A DNA stretch of 63,057 nucleotides, counting the filler, from Octopus bimaculoides (Eukaryota): assembly GCF_001194135.2 (NCBI RefSeq). It is 11 parts of 10 records of this genome, joined end to end, with 100 filler letters (N's around TTAATTAATTAA, not from the genome) between each part and the next. Parts side by side here need not be neighbours in the genome. Positions count along the whole stretch, not along the records: positions 61,700 to 63,057 come from NW_026341674.1; 10 more parts are not named here. One strand, 5' to 3'. Of the stretch, positions 61,700 to 63,057 are shown one piece after another; the stretch's first letter is position 1, and each line of letters begins with the position of its first letter. Below the pieces are notes generated by a model. The model was not told the origin of the DNA and ran no database searches. It was given only the letters and a program-made list of their open reading frames with translations. Both the position numbers and the translations under genes were made by a program.

Positions 61700-63057
61700 G
61701 TTGCTGATGCTGTATGATGTTCCAATGACAATTGTGGAAAGGGTGGAGAAAAAGATACATAAATACCTCCGAAGATTGCTAGCAGTTCCCCAAGCTTCAG
61801 TAGGCCTGTAGATAAGATCTGGAAGGCTACAACTTCCCCTGTCATATGTAGTAGAGGAAATTAAAGTAGCAAAATGTAATGTAATGATGTACAGAGACTC
61901 TAAGGATGAGCTTGTCCGAGATTCAGGTATTACCACAAGGTGAGGGTGAAAGTGGGTAGCGAGCACCACTGTCGCTCAGGTTGAAACCATGCTGGAGCTA
62001 TGCGACATCATTTGAGCTTCATGTCGGGGTCGCCAGGGATCTGAGTCTTCCAATTTCCAACAATAGAAGAAAGTAGACACCAGTGAGCGGTGGGCTATGA
62101 CTCAGAAAGTGGTGCGGTACCAGGAGGAAGATAAAAGGAAATCAAGAGCTGTGAAGTTGGTGTCTCAGGGTGCATGGACTAAATGGAATCTCCCTAAGAG
62201 GAAGCTCATATGTCCTGGCCTGTGGAGGCTGGAACCCGTGTGCATCTCCTTCCTGCATTGGGTGGTGTATGACACACTCCCGACGACAACAAACCTGCAT
62301 AGATAGGGTTTGAGGGAAGACCAGATGTGTAGACTTTGCGGAGAAAGGGGCACTCTGGCACACATCTTGGCAGGGTGCAGAATAACACTTTCTCAGGGCA
62401 GATACAAATACTTGCTCACATCCTGGAGCAGGAAAGGTGTAAGAAACATCATCACCAAAGGAAGGCAACAACCGCAATTAACTTTGTGAAAGAAGGAGAG
62501 AAACCAGTAAAGTCAGCAAAAACAATATATAGCTTGCTGCAAGGATCTCAACCATGGGATATGAAAGTGGATGTAGGGGAGAGATTGCAGTTAGCCCGGG
62601 TTGTCCATACAATTCTGAGGCCAGATGTGGTTCCGTAGTCTGGAAAGGCCAAGAAAATTATCATAATTGAACAAAGAGTCCCGTGGGAAGCGGGGTGACG
62701 AGGTCCCTGAACGGAAGTGTGACAGATATGGGAGCCTTCTGCAGGATTGCAAGAAGAGATGGCAGGTATGGATTTTCCAAGTCAAGGTTGGCTGTAGGGG
62801 GTTCCCTGCCCAGTGGGCATGGAGGATCCTTACAACAGCTGGAATGAGAGTTAAGGAGGGAAGGGTGGCTGTGCGCATGATGGGAGAGGCAGCTGAAAGA
62901 GCCTTTTGCTGGTTTTGGTGTAAGAGAGAAGAGTTACGTTGGAAGACATGAAGAGTTGAGCAGTGACTTGGTCACCTCTGTTGACTCAGCAACGGGAGGG
63001 TGTTACGGTTGAGGGTCGAAACATCCGAGGAACAAGGGATGATGTCTGATTACATCA
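61700..63057 (+). mobile_element. HERO-like RLE non-LTR retroposon, 3' part, decayed
   Basis: VYDTLPTTTNLHR; CRLCGERGTLAHILAGC; LRPDVV; IIIIEQRVPWE; ERKCDRY; VKVGCRGF; EAAERAFCWFW. ELTVPWE and EVGCRGF are HERO-type signatures as recalled. Confidence 0.8.

Overview
Eukaryotic (animal) genomic DNA: AT-rich, dense in microsatellites and gapped. The [16 protein letters not shown]-type C2H2 array and the SINE/RTE repertoire point to an octopod (Octopus-like) genome; this is recognition, not a database result. Ten identical 100-nt joins (44 N + TTAATTAATTAA + 44 N) are artificial, so the window is about 11 concatenated pieces and adjacency across the joins is not evidence. Two host coding regions are supported. 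(1) An intact single-exon 761-aa ORF (44172-46457, +) with an EB1/MAPRE-type calponin-homology domain, a roughly 400-aa coiled coil and a degenerate EB-homology motif that has lost its FYF core; this is the best candidate for something undescribed. (2) The 3' part of a C2H2 zinc-finger gene with 21 tandem fingers (55931-57777, +), preceded by a 295-bp palindrome. Most other recognisable sequence is decayed mobile DNA: Penelope-like elements (one with a degenerate minimal hammerhead ribozyme), several RTE LINEs (two with C-terminal C2H2 fingers, one family with a PHD-like remnant), a Tx1/L1 LINE interrupted by a probable solo LTR, R4-like and HERO-like RLE retroposons, mariner/Tc1/pogo derivatives, tRNA-derived SINEs and a long-TIR foldback element. 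All alignments were done by eye, and family names come from recalled motifs.
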